Source: Octopus sinensis | Lineage: Eukaryota | Assembly (NCBI RefSeq): GCF_006345805.1 | Contig: NC_043011.1 | Location: forward strand, 41,924,464 to 41,988,463 | Direction: 5' to 3' | DNA: 64,000 nucleotides | Shown here: positions 26,171-39,672 of the stretch, one piece after another | Layout: every line of letters starts with the position of its first letter | Position numbering within the stretch: the stretch's first letter is position 1 | The notes under the pieces: model-generated | What the model was told of the DNA's origin: nothing | Seen by the model: the letters and a program-made list of their open reading frames with translations, nothing else | Database searches by the model: none | Program-made: the position numbers and the translations under genes

Positions 26171-27283
26171 CATAATAACAATAATAATATTAATGATAAT
26201 TATCTTTAATTTTTTTTTTATAAAATTGATATTGATATTCAAGATATATGAATTTTTTTTAAAGTATATACTGTGTATGTAAATATGTGTAAACATGTAT
26301 GTACATAAAAAGGATTATACATGTGTGTTTATGTGTGTGTATACATATATAAGCTGTATATATCATGTATAAAAAAATATATGTGTGTGTGTGTAGATTA
26401 GTCTACATATGAATATTTATTCCATTCATCTCTTATTTCACTGACGTAAATGTAAATAGCTTACAAATCAGGATCAGAATTATGTGAACTGCTGGGAATT
26501 TTGTGTTTTTTTAAGTCTGTGATATTTTCAGGAAATTTTCTTCATGAGGAAATAGTAATACTAAAATTCTTGTTCTTGGCAATTTAATAGCCTTTTTTTA
26601 TTACAATTTAGGTTTTATTTCTACAACTTTTGCATTGGAATTTAATTGGCAGCTTTCAAAGTTTTTTTTTATTATTTCTTAAAAGAGAAAAAATATATTG
26701 TTTGTTTTATTTCATGTGAAATTTTTACCTTAACCTCACAGTGGCAATAGTTGTAAGCTTAAAGTGCTGGACAACTGACCACACATTCAAGAGTTTGGGT
26801 ATCCTATTGAAAACTAACTCAAAAGACCAGTCATGTGATGATTCTGTTACAGAACAGAAATGAATGTTGTATGAAGGTATCAGAGTTTTCTCCCTTATAT
26901 TAGAGAGTTCCTCATTTCCTTCATGATGAATGTAAATAATGTTAAAATTATTCTTGTGATATTGTGTGTTTCAAGACTGGCTGACTGATGCAGCAGTGTG
27001 TCACAGGAAGTTAAGAGTTAATGTCTCAAGGCACATAACTCTGCTTACCACAATCTGCTTGGTTCACAAAATAAATTCCACTCTAACATGACAGTTTGAG
27101 TAGTTAGTACTAGTAAGGGCAGATAGCCTTCTGTTATAATATATGAGGTATCACAATCACCAATTTTTTTTATCAAGACATTTTCTTTAGAGGGTTGTCA
27201 GCCAAGGCTAAAGACACCCTCTTCCCTTTCTGGTAAATTTATCTCCCTGGAGTTTCTCTTTGCCATTTTTGTTCCCGGGGTAT

Positions 27284-27323
<40 letters not shown>

Positions 27324-27499
27324 TGGTAACGACTTCTTAGCAGTACTACTAATAAAGAAATACTACTTGGGTGGCTGTTGACTCTTCAATGTTCATCTAC
27401 CCTTATTCATATCTTGTTTTTATTATTTTTATTAAAGTGATCCTCTTTTTTGTTTGTTTTTTGTTTTGTTTTGTTTTTTGGAGGGGGGGTCCCACACCA

Positions 27500-27680
27500 A
27501 ACAAAATGCTTAGCAGCATTTCATCCATCCTTACGTTCTGAGTTTGACTTTGCCTTTCCTCCTTTTGGGGGTCAATGGAATAAGTACCAGTGATACACTG
27601 GCGTTGATATAATCGACTTGCCCCCACTCCTTCCCCAAAAAACTTCAGGCTTTGTGCCTATAGTAGAAAAAGATTATTAT
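27500..27680 (+). mobile_element. SINE family B, 5'-truncated
   Basis: caaaatgcttagc...gactttgcctttcctcc...aagtaccag...ttgtgcctatagtagaaa. Confidence 0.75.
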
Positions 27681-28017
27681 GATAGTAATAATAATAATTT
27701 CTACCAATATACAGAATACAAATAAAACAGAAATGTTTTGATGATGAAGAGGATTTAAGCTTAAAATTTTAGGTTGATAGAAAAATTAAAGGTTTTAAGA
27801 TCAATTGATGTTTTCAATAATGTCATAGAATGACAAAGATAACAGATTCTGGCTAGTCTTGGAAAAACATTTGGTATATTGATTATGATAACTAATCTGT
27901 CAATCTCTGTCTTGTATTGTGTTAAGATTGTTTAATCAGACCTAACAGTAACAGTCACAGTTATTTGTCTTTAAGTGATGCAGTCATTTCGGAGGAAAAT
28001 CTTTAGAGTGGATATTA

Positions 28018-28345
28018 CATTTCATTTCATTTCATTTGGGTTTGAGTCCATGCTCAGGCCAAGTCGAAGACTCCACCCTCAGAGTCTGGTGTGGTTGCCA
28101 GGTTGTATTCTCTGCTTAATTTTGACATGTGTAGGAGCGAGTTTGAGTCAGTTTGTGCTCGTTGTGTATATCCTGGGAGGTGGGGTTCATCTCTAATGGT
28201 GCTTAGGTATCTATCCAGTTGCAATTTGAATGATTCCACACTGCATCCTGATAGATTTCTGACATGTACCGGAATGGAGTTGAACAGTTGTGCTCCTCGA
28301 ACCAACATACATGTTTTGTATTTTACATTATTTCCGAGATATTGG
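28018..28345 (-). mobile_element. CR1/L2-group LINE 3' end (second family)
   Basis: VRGAQLFNSIPVHVRNLSGCSVESFKLQLDRYLSTIRDEPHLPGY...SNSL is a typical ORF2 C-terminus; (AAATG)n tail. Confidence 0.8.
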
Positions 28346-29134
28346 ATGATGTGTAATGTCTGCAGTGATTTCTATTCACTGGCATTTCTTGTAATCTTGC
28401 TGATTCTTCGTTGTCTGGTTTCCTGCCTTATTTTATAATATTTTATTATATTTTCCTGTTTTATTTCTTTCTTTTTTTTTCCGCAACAGGGTTCTTTTAG
28501 GATGCCTCTTTGGCGGGGGAGGGGGCGGTTTCTTGTTTTTAACAAAAGTTCCCTTGCATCAAGGCTTTCAGGGAATATATATATTGGTTCGATAATGCTT
28601 AAGGGTGTCTGAGAGAGGAGAAGGGGAGGTGTGACTGAGTACATCTTCAAGAAAGCTGCAGGCTTTAGATGCTATCGTTGTTGTTCAGCTCTGACCGAAA
28701 TAGACCACAAATCAAAGAATTTCCAGCCTTGACCACTACATCTTGTTTTCAGGAAAAGTGCATCTAAGATGACATAATCCAATGTGTCCTTCCCTTTTTT
28801 TTACAGATGGTAGAATATGATTTGTGGATGAGTTGGAGTATGTTCACTATTAGTCATACATCATGTGTAAATTCTATGCAAATTCTGTGCAAAACAGCAT
28901 CAATCTCCAAAGGTTGCTATTCTTTACCAAAAAAGCCACCAACTATCTCCAGTTATTTCCAAGCATTAGTACATTGTTTCTTCCTCCCGCCCTACTTTTT
29001 TTATAAATATAATTGGAAGGGGATGGGGACAGCTCCCATTACGTTTCCTAGAGCCCTCATTTAGTAAAGAATAGAAGCAACCAGATAACTTTACCACAGC
29101 TGAAACGTTTGGATGAGGAGACTACTCTGTATGG

Positions 29135-29370
29135 TTCAATAACCTTGTTGCAGAATTGCTAGAGCATTCAACAAATTGCCTTGTGATTTTTGTTCTGCTG
29201 CCTTGCGTTCTGCGTTCAAATCCCCACCTAAGGTCAACTTTGCCTTTCATTTTTTTTTCCAGGGTCAATAAAATAAAGTAGCAGTCAAATACTGAAGTAG
29301 ATGTTATTGATTAAACCCCATGCCCTTCTCTAAAGGTTTCTGACCTTCCATCTGGATTAAAAACAATTGT
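29135..29370 (+). mobile_element. SINE family B, degenerate
   Basis: gcagaattgctagagc...gttcaaatcccc...aactttgcctttc...aataaaataaagtag. Confidence 0.65.
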
Positions 29371-30179
29371 TATTTATTCTTAAAATCTTGTTGAAAATTC
29401 TCTACATCACAAGCCCTGTCTTGTAATGATTCCATTACACATCACAAATAAATGATAGAGGAAGAGATTCAATATTTCTCCCTTCTCTCAGAGAGTTCAT
29501 TTCTGTCTTCAAAATGAATGTAAACAATGTTGTACAATTCTTGTGATATCATGTTTCATGACTGGCTAACTGATGCCCCCTGTCATACTGTGTCATACGG
29601 GAAGTTAAGAGCTAACATCAGCTTTGAGGATGGTGTATTATCAATACTGACTAAGAATACATTTTCACATTCTCAGCTTTGGTCTTCTTCTGCTAAAACC
29701 ATAGTGAAACCTTGCTATAGTACTTGTTCAAGTTGGCTGTGCTTTGAGTTCAATTCCTGCTACAATCAGTTTTATTTATTTATTTTTTTGCATACTTTGT
29801 TGATAAATAAAATACCTGTTCATGGTAATAGTAGATTGGTAGAATTGTTAGCATATCACGTGAGGTATCTAATCTAATTTTTGTGTTCTGAGCTGCAGTG
29901 CTACTGCCTATAAGGAGCCTTCACACAGCAGGAAACATGTGCTAATTGGCCTTCAATATTGGATGATGTGATGCATCAAATGGAAAAACATCTTGGTTGC
30001 ATTGCAGTCATAAGTGGGAAACTAGTTTATCTCAAATAGACTCTAGGATAGAATAGATGTGTGTGTGTATGTAAGTAAATGTATGTCTGTGTGTTTTGTA
30101 AATATATGTATATGTACATGCACATGATATGATATGGATGACCTTATGACTGACATCACTAATCAACATGAACCAATGA

Positions 30180-30412
30180 GGGAAGCAATATATGCTTTTT
30201 CAATATCTCGATCTGCTACAAAGAGCAGCTGAATCTCTTCAAATCACAACCTACTGTCTTAAAGGATAAGAAACATACTAGATAATGTCATCATAAGTGC
30301 TCTGCACATTGCAAAGTAACTCATTAAACAGGATGGTCATGGCTGGAATGCCCTTGATCATAGATTTGTTCAATCAGGTATGACCTGGAGCTAAATAACA
30401 TCAGCAACAACA
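30180..30412 (+). mobile_element. Dispersed repeat family D
   Basis: ggatggtcatggctggaatgccc...gacctggagctaaataacatcagcaacaac tail. Confidence 0.55.
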
Positions 30413-31374
30413 TGTTAGATGGGTTCCTATGAAAAATAATTCCCTACCATTTTCAAGATTGGAATCCCCTATCTAGAACAATATAACTTGGTGTTTGTGC
30501 CATCTGCATGAGGATTTTACCTGCTGCAGTCTTGAAGAGAACTGAAATGGTCCTTGTTTTGATTCTAAACTTTGGTTTCATCCCAAAACACCAGGTGGAA
30601 AAAGAAAAAGGGAATTTTAAATTGGTTCAAATTTTTAAAAATTTTTTCTTATTTTTCATTGTTTTCGTTATGTTATTGTTTTTGTTGTTGTTAATGCTTT
30701 GCGGGGTGTCAGGATGGGAGAGGGGATTATTCAAGAAGAAAAATTTATCAAATGTTAACACATTCAAATTTTAAATTGAAAGTTGTGTATGTGTGTGTAT
30801 AAATAGAATGATACATACATTCAGATATATATATATATATAAACATATATATATATATAAAATTATGATGCATGTAAACAAAGTTTGCTTTCATTTAGGA
30901 GCGTTGAGATGTATTGAAATATCCAGATATGGAAATATTTTATTCTGAAACTCAGAATAATAATAATAACGCAGAATAGCATAAATAGAATAGAACATCC
31001 TTACATTGCAGAAAATTTGTTCAGTCAGGCAACAAATTTATACACATGGTCCCATGTGATTAAATAATAACAAAACATAAACATGCAAACACACACACAC
31101 ATGGCCGCTAACAAATTTTTCTGCAATATAAGGATGTTCTGTCCTTTTTATGCTATTCAGCATTGTGCATTTGAGAATAAAATATTTCTATATCTGTATA
31201 TTTAAATATATATGTATGTGTGTGTGTAGAGAGAGAGAGAGAGAGGGAGAGAGAGAGAGAGAGATATGTGTGTGTGTGTGTGTGTATTTATATATGTATG
31301 TATATATGATGGACTTTCCTGTCAGAAGCAACAGATAGTGGTTTGGCAATATTTTGGTGAATGACCTGCACAGA

Positions 31375-31545
31375 TGACTTGTTTATAACGACTAAATCTT
31401 TATGTTGTACATTAGCTCACTCCCTCTATCCAACTGATGCTACCTGTACAGGTGCACAGGTGTGCCATCTGTGAGGTGAAGTGTTTTGCTCAAGAGGACA
31501 ATACACTACCTGATACAGGAACTGAAAGCATGATCTTCCTAACAC
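31375..31545 (-). mobile_element. SINE family C fragment
   Basis: Reverse complement similarity to 51696-51993. Confidence 0.65.
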
Positions 31546-32240
31546 AAGACCACATGCTTTCACTTGAACACAATGGACTTACTCAATACTTCTTAGAAGA
31601 ATAAATATTTGTTAATTCATAGCAGGAAACAGTAGACAGTGACTTCAAAGTTTCAGCACATACATACATACACCATCGTTGCATTTATCAAAACCAACCC
31701 TCCTTAAGGATACCCTTCACCAAATGCATAAAACTGAATTTCAATGAGATGTATATATGTGTATGTATGTGTATTTGTATATATGTATGTATGTATGTTT
31801 ATCTCTGAGTGTATACATGTGTGTGTGTGTTTTCTAGTTGTGTGTTTATATGTATTATCTTTTGTTATTATTTAACCACATGGGACCATGTGTATAAATA
31901 TTAGTGCATGTGACCTAAGGGCAGATAAGTTTTAATGTTGATGTAAAATGTGTGTGTGTGTTTATATATACACACACATGCACACACATTAAACACACAA
32001 ACATTGATATCTTTCCATATACAGCAAATGTATATTTAAGGTTGTATATGTATACATATATGTATGTATGCATGTGTGTGTGTTTATTGATGTGTTTGTG
32101 AGTAAGGGTGTGTCTACATTGTCCATGATTGTGATATTGCCATGACAACAAACTGGTCATATGTTATTCTAAGAACCAATGTTTTATCATTCTGAAACAT
32201 TGAAGAAATATAAGAAAACATTGCCTTTAGATCTATCTGT

Positions 32241-32364
<124 letters not shown>

Positions 32365-32724
32365 AAAGGCAATGTGTTTATATATATGTGTGTGTATATA
32401 TAGCTCAGTAAAATTGTGTCAGTGATCAGGTTGCACAAGTGTGACAAAATTCCAACATTCCATAAAATATAGCATTATTTAGAAATAAATGTAAAAGATT
32501 CTTAAGTAGCCAAACTGACTCTTCAGTTTTAATACACACTCTTAGAAAAGTACTCAGCAGACATGTACAACATCCATACACACACAGAGGCTCTCACATA
32601 CACATATTGGCAATTTTCTCTCTCGCTGTGTGCGATAGAAGACAAAGGACCACAACTGGCAAAACAATGTCAAAGTTATCCAACCCATGCTAGCATGGTA
32701 TATGGATATAAACTGAGAATGGAG

Positions 32725-32766
<42 letters not shown>

Positions 32767-32974
32767 TGCTGTTTCTAGCATGTAAAAATTACCTGTTAAA
32801 GGGTAGTTTTCTTTTGTGTTTAAATGTACACTATTTTAAAATATGAATATGTTGTCTATTGACTATTTATACATGCTAGGCCACCGGTGTTGATATTTAT
32901 AACGAATATTCGCTAGCCTATATATTTATCTTATATGTATATATGTGTGTGTGTATAAACATACATACAGACAT

Positions 32975-33533
32975 CTTAGCTACTTTGTCATATACGACCA
33001 AAGCCATTGCTAGAAAGAAACCTTGAAATGAGTCGATGTTGATGCAGTGTGAGGCCTTTGCATGACTGTAGAGTCCGGCAAATGTTTTGCACATTCTGTT
33101 GCATAATGCCCAGCTGTGCTGGCAGGCAGAAGGTACAGGTGCCACAGTATGAACTCTTTTGGCATGTCTGTTCAGTTTTCCAACTGAGAGGCACACCTTT
33201 CCACATGTTGCACATGTTCTGTCGTGAACAACAGCCGAGTCACAATTTACCATGGGTCGATTCCTCTGAGTTCTCTGATGGCAGACCAGGCCTGCATGAC
33301 TCAAGCACCTCCTCTCACAAACCACACACACAAAAATCAACACTCTCTCATTCTTCACAGTTTAATTCCTTCTGAGCCTTCTCCTAATCTTCTCATGCTT
33401 CATACTGTTTCCAACTACCATGCACTCTCTTCCTCCATCCACCATCCATCTGTCTTATGCCTCCCTCTCCCAATCAACAACTGAAATTCCTGTCTGTGTC
33501 AGAGCAATTCTGAGGCAGTCCTTGAACCTCATT
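32975..33533 (-). mobile_element. RTE-clade LINE ORF2 3' fragment with three C2H2-type zinc fingers
   Basis: MRFKDCLRIALTQTGISVVDWEREA*DR (RTE C-terminal motif) followed by CVVCERRCLSHAGLVCHQRTQ, CATCGKVCLSVGKLNRHAKRVH and WALCNRMCKTFAGLYSHAKASH. Confidence 0.8.
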
Positions 33534-35020
33534 ATATGTACAAACATACACACACAAACACACAAATACACTCACACACACACACACACACAGAGTATTT
33601 TATTGAAATTAAAACTGAGAGTTTATCTTGCAACACAAGATTCATGCCAACACAATCTTTAGGTAAAGACTAGATTCATGAGAAAAGTTTTCAGTTTTTG
33701 ATCCAATACAAAGTAAATACATATTCTGCAATACGTATTGAGCACTCCACTCTTACTCTCTGTCATAAATCAAATTATATATATAAGCACTACACTTATA
33801 CACAAATGCATATATATATATATATACATATGTATGATTTTATTAGTTTTGGTTCATTTTTAAATTACAATATCATGTATTTTTATCGTGTGTATTCTTG
33901 TTGTTGTTGTTGTTATTGTTTAATAGGAAATGGTTGCTTATGAAAGCATTTCTCATTGAGTTTCAAGAATTCTTCATATACCAACATCTAGAAGTAGATA
34001 AATTGGTAAAAGGAAGTCAAATGAAAAATAAATTAAAATAAAATGTTTTAAAAACTGGTTTAATTTATTTAACATATTTAAATTTAACGAAACAAATTTT
34101 TGTTTTTAAGTATGGTAAATATATTAAACCAGTGTGTTTAAAGTTTAAACAAACTAATTTAAAAAACTAATAAACAAAATTTAAAAATACATTAGAAATT
34201 TTTTTATTTTTTAAAATAAGCAAAAAATTTAAATTAAATTTAATGTTGCCAAAATATATTTTCTGACCCTTCTTTTTCTTTTTATTTTGCTGCGTCTGTT
34301 ACAGAGATATTAAAAATGGTGTTACTTTTTTCTTTTTTATTTAAAAAAGGAGAGAAACAGGACCTTTGTGTGTGTGTTTGTGTGTGTGTGTGTCTGTGTG
34401 TGTGTTTCATGCAATTTATTTCCATTTGGCGTTTTGTCTTTTTTTCTTTTTTTGTCACATGTCTATTAAATTCTCACCAAAGTAGATTATAATTTTACTC
34501 CTTATTCACTATCATTAATGTTATCATCACCAACAACACCACCACCAACACCACCACCAGCAACACTAATACCAACACTAGTACTACCTCCAACAACAAC
34601 AGCACCACCCTCACTACCAACCCGACCACCAGCTTGTCTTTCTACAACAATGCAGCCATTAGCCTTCTTCAGCAATTTGGCACTAAGAGGTGGCGAATTG
34701 GCGGAGTTGATAGAAAGCCTGATTGCATGATGCCTTGTGGTATTTGCTTTGGTTCAAATCTTGCTGAGGTTACCTTTGCTTTTCCTCCTTCTAGAATTGA
34801 TATTAATAAAGTGCTAGTTAAGTATTAAATTCAATTAAATTAGTCATAGATTGAAAAAATTATGAACAAATTTAATTGATTCTCAAATATTATTGGCATC
34901 TCCATCAATTTGACCAGTCCCCAAGAAGTCAGCAGCCAATCTGTTTATATACTCGACAGTTTCAGAAACTACAGGAAAGTGGGGCCACCAAGTTGCATAT
35001 TGTAAGGGTTAATACTTTAT

Positions 35021-35238
35021 TTAATCCTTTAGTGTTTAAACTAGCCATATCCAGCCCAAATATTCTACATGTTTTATATTTGAACTAGCCTCTCACATGT
35101 AACCTACATTAACATTCTAAAAGTAAACAGTCATATCATCGAAACCTCAAAGCTATGAGATAATGCATAATTAGTTCAAAACAATTTAAGTGAAAAGGCA
35201 TTACATTTAACAGAGTAATCTGAACATTAAAGGGTTAA
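35021..35238. mobile_element. piggyBac-type MITE
   Basis: ttaa|tcctttagtgtt ... aacattaaaggg|ttaa (10/12 TIR match); partial inverted relative at about 58290-58470. Confidence 0.7.
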
Positions 35239-35377
35239 TATTAGGAGCCTATCAACAAAGATCTAAGTCCTCACAAGCTATGATATAATATATGTAACCT
35301 GTATAGCAAATATATAAACAGGGCTAATTTAGCTATTTCTTGGTAGTTTGAAAAAGAGTGAACAACCTTAATCAATT

Positions 35378-35514
35378 ATTTACATTTGACGGATATTTGT
35401 CCTCATCTTTGTTGTTAACACAACATTTCAGCTGATATACCCTCCAGCCTTCATCAGGTGTCTTGGAGAAATTTCGAACCTGGGTTCTCATTCGTAAGGT
35501 ATTTTTTGATGTTG

Positions 35515-35571
<57 letters not shown>

Positions 35572-35684
35572 TCACTGCCTGGAATCGAACTCGGAATCTT
35601 GCACTCTTAATCACGGCATATGGCATAGTGGTTAAGAGTGCGGGCTACTAACCCCAAGATTCTGAGTTTGATTCCAAGCAGTGA

Positions 35685-35759
<75 letters not shown>

Positions 35760-35890
35760 CAACAACAACAACATCAAAAAATACCTTAGGAATGAGAACC
35801 CAGGTTCGAAATTTCCCCAAGACACCTGATGAATGCTGTGTCAACAACAAAAAAGATGAGGACAAATATCTGTCAAATGTAAATAATGTA
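35378..35890. mobile_element. Palindromic element: tRNA-like head, (AAT)n, hammerhead arm, with inverted copy
   Basis: Arms about 35378-35614 and 35621-35885; A box TGGCATAGTGG 35621-35631; B box GAGTT(T/C)GATTCC 35664-35675. Confidence 0.85.
35417..35462 (-). ncRNA. Minimal hammerhead ribozyme-like motif
   Basis: GACAC-CTGATGA-A-GGCTG(gagggtatat)CAGCT-GAAAT-GTT-GTGTT; stem I 5 bp, stem II 5 bp, GUU site; changes consistent with CpG decay. Confidence 0.6.
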
Positions 35891-36020
35891 AATAATTGCA
35901 TATACTGAAGAGATTTTATCTCAGATGAAAACCTCAGTGTTTATACATTAAGTATGATACAAACAGGGCTATTTTAATTTAATGCTGCTTCAATTCTGTC
36001 CACTGGATTTTAAATTCATT

Positions 36021-36055
<35 letters not shown>

Positions 36056-36149
36056 ATGGTTATGTTGTACAGTGGGAAAGGTCACAAGAGACCCCTTCAC
36101 AAAATCCCTTTTTCCAGTTTTTATATGAGCAGAGGTTGCTAAATAGGGG

Positions 36150-36224
36150 CTAGCAATCTTTTTCTGTTGAAATGCTCAATAAGCTACTCGGGATTTTCCA
36201 AAGGTGGATTAACGTGTCACTGTG
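36150..36224 (-). CDS. Candidate terminal exon (HSDTLIHLWKIPSSLLSISTEKDC*)
   Basis: Long pyrimidine tract and cag acceptor; phase 0 open frame; D..I.LW resembles a WD40 blade end but this is weak. Confidence 0.3.
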   Translation of the reverse strand, partial: HSDTLIHLWKIPSSLLSISTEKDC

Positions 36225-36429
36225 CTGCACGAAATGGTAAAATAACAAAAAGAAAAAAGTTAAAACTTGGAGAGGAAAAAAAACCCCAAAGAAATAAAGA
36301 AAGTGAACCACCCCCACACATGACCATTGGCACACTGTTGTTTATGACAACAAGTATTTCAGTTGATCCAATCAACAGAACAGCCTGTTTAGGAGCACTT
36401 CATAGACACACATACCCTTAATATAGTTC

Positions 36430-36612
36430 TAAGGAAGATTAAGCATAACACTGAATGTGACAAGGCTGGCCCTTTGAATTACAGGTACAATTGTATTTTT
36501 GCCAGCTGAGGGGACTGGGGAAATACTCAAGGACACAATGCTCTACTAGGAATCGATCTTATGACCTTATGATTGGGAGCCAAATTCTCTAACCACTATG
36601 CCACACGCCTTC
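36430..36612 (-). mobile_element. tRNA-derived SINE, degenerate
   Basis: Minus head ggcgtgtggcatagtggttagaga...tcgattcc. Confidence 0.6.
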
Positions 36613-36923
36613 ACTACATGACCACTACTAATGACCACCACTCATTAATATGTTCCCAAGAAAATTCTCTTGAAATGCAGTTTATATTGTGGACTGTTAT
36701 TGTTCAGGAATGATGTCTTGTAAAATTGATGGTGGTAGTTATGGTTGTAATAGTAGCTGTGGTGGTAGTAATGATAAAGATGGTGGTGGTGATGGTATTG
36801 GTGTCAGTGGTCATCATAAAGAGGAGGAGGAACATGAGGAGGATGCAGAGAATGTTTACAATGATAACATCAACCCATCAAGTGTTTCATTATATATTCA
36901 TGACTCTTAACCCACTTCTGCTA

Positions 36924-36966
<43 letters not shown>

Positions 36967-37231
36967 CCGTCCTTTGGTCAAGTTTTAACTGTGAGGTTTT
37001 ATGTTGATTAAACAGTAATGCAGTGAGTCTATAGAAATATTATGAAATGTGAGTGTGTGTAAGCATATGTTTATGTGTGTGCAACAACTAAAGTCTCGTG
37101 AACCTCATACAGCACATCTAATCAAGGCATTTAGTCACTGACAGTAGAAATAAACTAAAGCTATGACCAGTGTGTATTTCAAATATACAAATATAAAAAA
37201 AAATGTAAGGAGAATATGCATATATACATAC

Positions 37232-37278
37232 AACTCTCTGGGTCATCTGGATGTTTCTGCAATGACTTGCTTCTTGAG
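37232..37278 (-). CDS. Candidate 47-nt internal exon
   Basis: Acceptor tatttctttctgtaccag, donor gtatgt; two open frames (SRSKSLQKHPDDPES or QEASHCRNIQMTQRV). Confidence 0.3.
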
Positions 37279-38610
37279 CTGGTACAGAAAGAAATAGGTG
37301 CCTATGAAACCTTGCTATAAACAGCTGTCACCTATAAGCAGTTGTATTATAGTATGACCAGAACACACAAAAGGGAGTGAAGAAAGGGCATTTATGTACA
37401 ACCAAAAAAATTTCTCTCATCAATTGAATATATTAGAGATTGCAACAACAAAACATTGGTGATGGGGTGTTATTGGGAGAAACATAGGGTAAATGAAGGC
37501 AAAAGCCCAGAAAGACTTTTGAAATTTATCCTAGTATTGATTTTGTTGTTGTTGTTGGATATTTTATATTAGAATAAATTCACCATCTGTTTCTATGAGA
37601 ATTTGCATCTGTTTCTGTGAGAATGATTTTCTTATATGGTTTTCATTTGATTCCAAAATCTTGTCTCAAATATCCATATTTATTTATTCATTTATTTGGT
37701 TAAAACCGTTTTGGCTTCTATGACTGATTTCCTTTTCAATTATACAAACACATACACACACACATATATATAAACATGTATTTATACATATGTTATAATG
37801 GAGTAAACTTAAGTGCATACAAACATGACAAAAAGTACTCAATGCAAGAAATAGAGTAATGTGATATGTATGGAAGCTGAAATTATTATTATTATTATGA
37901 TTCTGTTTCAGCTTTCATTTCTTCAAGTAGAAGAAACTACTTGAAGAAGCAAAACAGGAAACTCAATGTCATAATAGAGAAGTTTACCCTTCAATTTCTA
38001 CAATTTTATATCTGTTTGTCTACCTGTCTGTCTACCTGTTTGTCTGTCTGTCTGTCTATCTATTTGTGTGTGTATGTATACACATATTTAGCATATTATT
38101 CACTACACCACTATTCTAAGTTTCTAGATTTTGTAGGATATGATGATGTGACAAGAGTAATGCATGAATGTACTACCATGAGTGAGATGAAGTAGTGACA
38201 GAATCTTCAGCTTTGAATGAATAAATATACTCTACAGCAGGTATTGAGTACTTTCTCTGCCATTCTATAGCCTTACACACACATGCACACACACACACAA
38301 GTATATATATTTATATACATGTCCAGCCCATGCCAGCATCAAAGAACAGGTGTAATTATGATGATGATGATGATGATGATATTAGTTGTGGTGGAGCTGA
38401 TGGTGAATCTTAGCTGATATGATTCGCATTGATAATGTCACATGTGGCATTCCTTAGACTCTTTCTCTCTCTCTCCTTCCCCCTATCTCTTTTTCTCCCT
38501 CCCCCTCTCTCTCTAAAATCTTAGGAAATGGTTCATCCTTATATTGATGTAAACTCAACTACTTTAGCAATATGTGTGTGTGTACATGTGTCTGTGTATA
38601 TATATATGTA

Positions 38611-38654
<44 letters not shown>

Positions 38655-39124
38655 CACTCACATGCATTTGTATGGATGTATACTTTGTGATGCTGAAGTT
38701 AAGAGACAAGTGTGACATTAAGACTTTTGGAAATGATTCTAACATCTGCGAAGTACATTTTTCACAACCATTTGTTCCTACTGACCCATCATCCTCATCA
38801 ACACAGCATTATCATCATTAACAGCAGCAGCAGTAACATCATCATCATCATCATCATCACCATTGTTATCATATTTCAGTGTTTCTTCTTGTCCAACACC
38901 CACTCCGCCCCACCATGGTGCTACTTTGTTTGTTGAATTAAATATTGGTGCCAACATTGTCTGAAATAAATCCTGCACCAGAGAATCACTAATTTCCATA
39001 CTTAAACTCTCCTTTTTTATATGTGTTTGTAGTTGTTTTCGATAAGTATGCGTGTCACAGCCCCACATTTTCCCTTCTGTGCATTTCAGTTTCTGAGAGT
39101 TTGTGTCATTGTAAGAAACCATCG

Positions 39125-39166
<42 letters not shown>

Positions 39167-39620
39167 CCATCATCACCAACACCATCATCATTATCCTTAC
39201 TGTATTTATTCCCTTTCATCCCCCTTGGTTCAATAAAATATGGACTGTAAATATACCAGGGAGGGTCCATTCAGTTAACTATACACTTCCTCTACAACTT
39301 TATGAGTTTGTGCCGATGTCAGAAATGACCATTCTTATTAGTAGTAGTTGTAGTAGTAAATACATAGTTCCTCAACTGTTCACATCTAGGCAGAAAGATT
39401 CCAGGCTACCACAATTTTCTTATCATGGTAATTCAGAGAGGTTCAGTCTTTTGAACACTTCCAGACAGCACCTTCTCTCACCTTATAAAGTTTTTTGCAA
39501 ATGTATACAAAATTCTTCAATTTTATTCACACACACATCTTTAATAATAATTTGATTCAACTCCACGTGACTTCATGAGTATGTAGGATACATCCATCCC
39601 ATGAGAAATTCAGCCTTGGA

Positions 39621-39672
39621 ACATCTGATGAGATGGAAGTGTTCTACTCACCCACGAAACTTCAAGTTATGT
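39621..39672 (+). ncRNA. Solitary type I hammerhead ribozyme-like motif
   Basis: ACAT/ATGT stem I; CTGATGA; stem II G(A)TGG/CCAC plus AGT/ACT; GAAA; palindromic ACTT-C-AAGT stem III; GUU site. Confidence 0.6.

Noticed and set aside
35621-35686. Functional tRNA gene
   Set aside because: No acceptor-stem pairing, and it is embedded in a repeat; treated as a tRNA-derived head.
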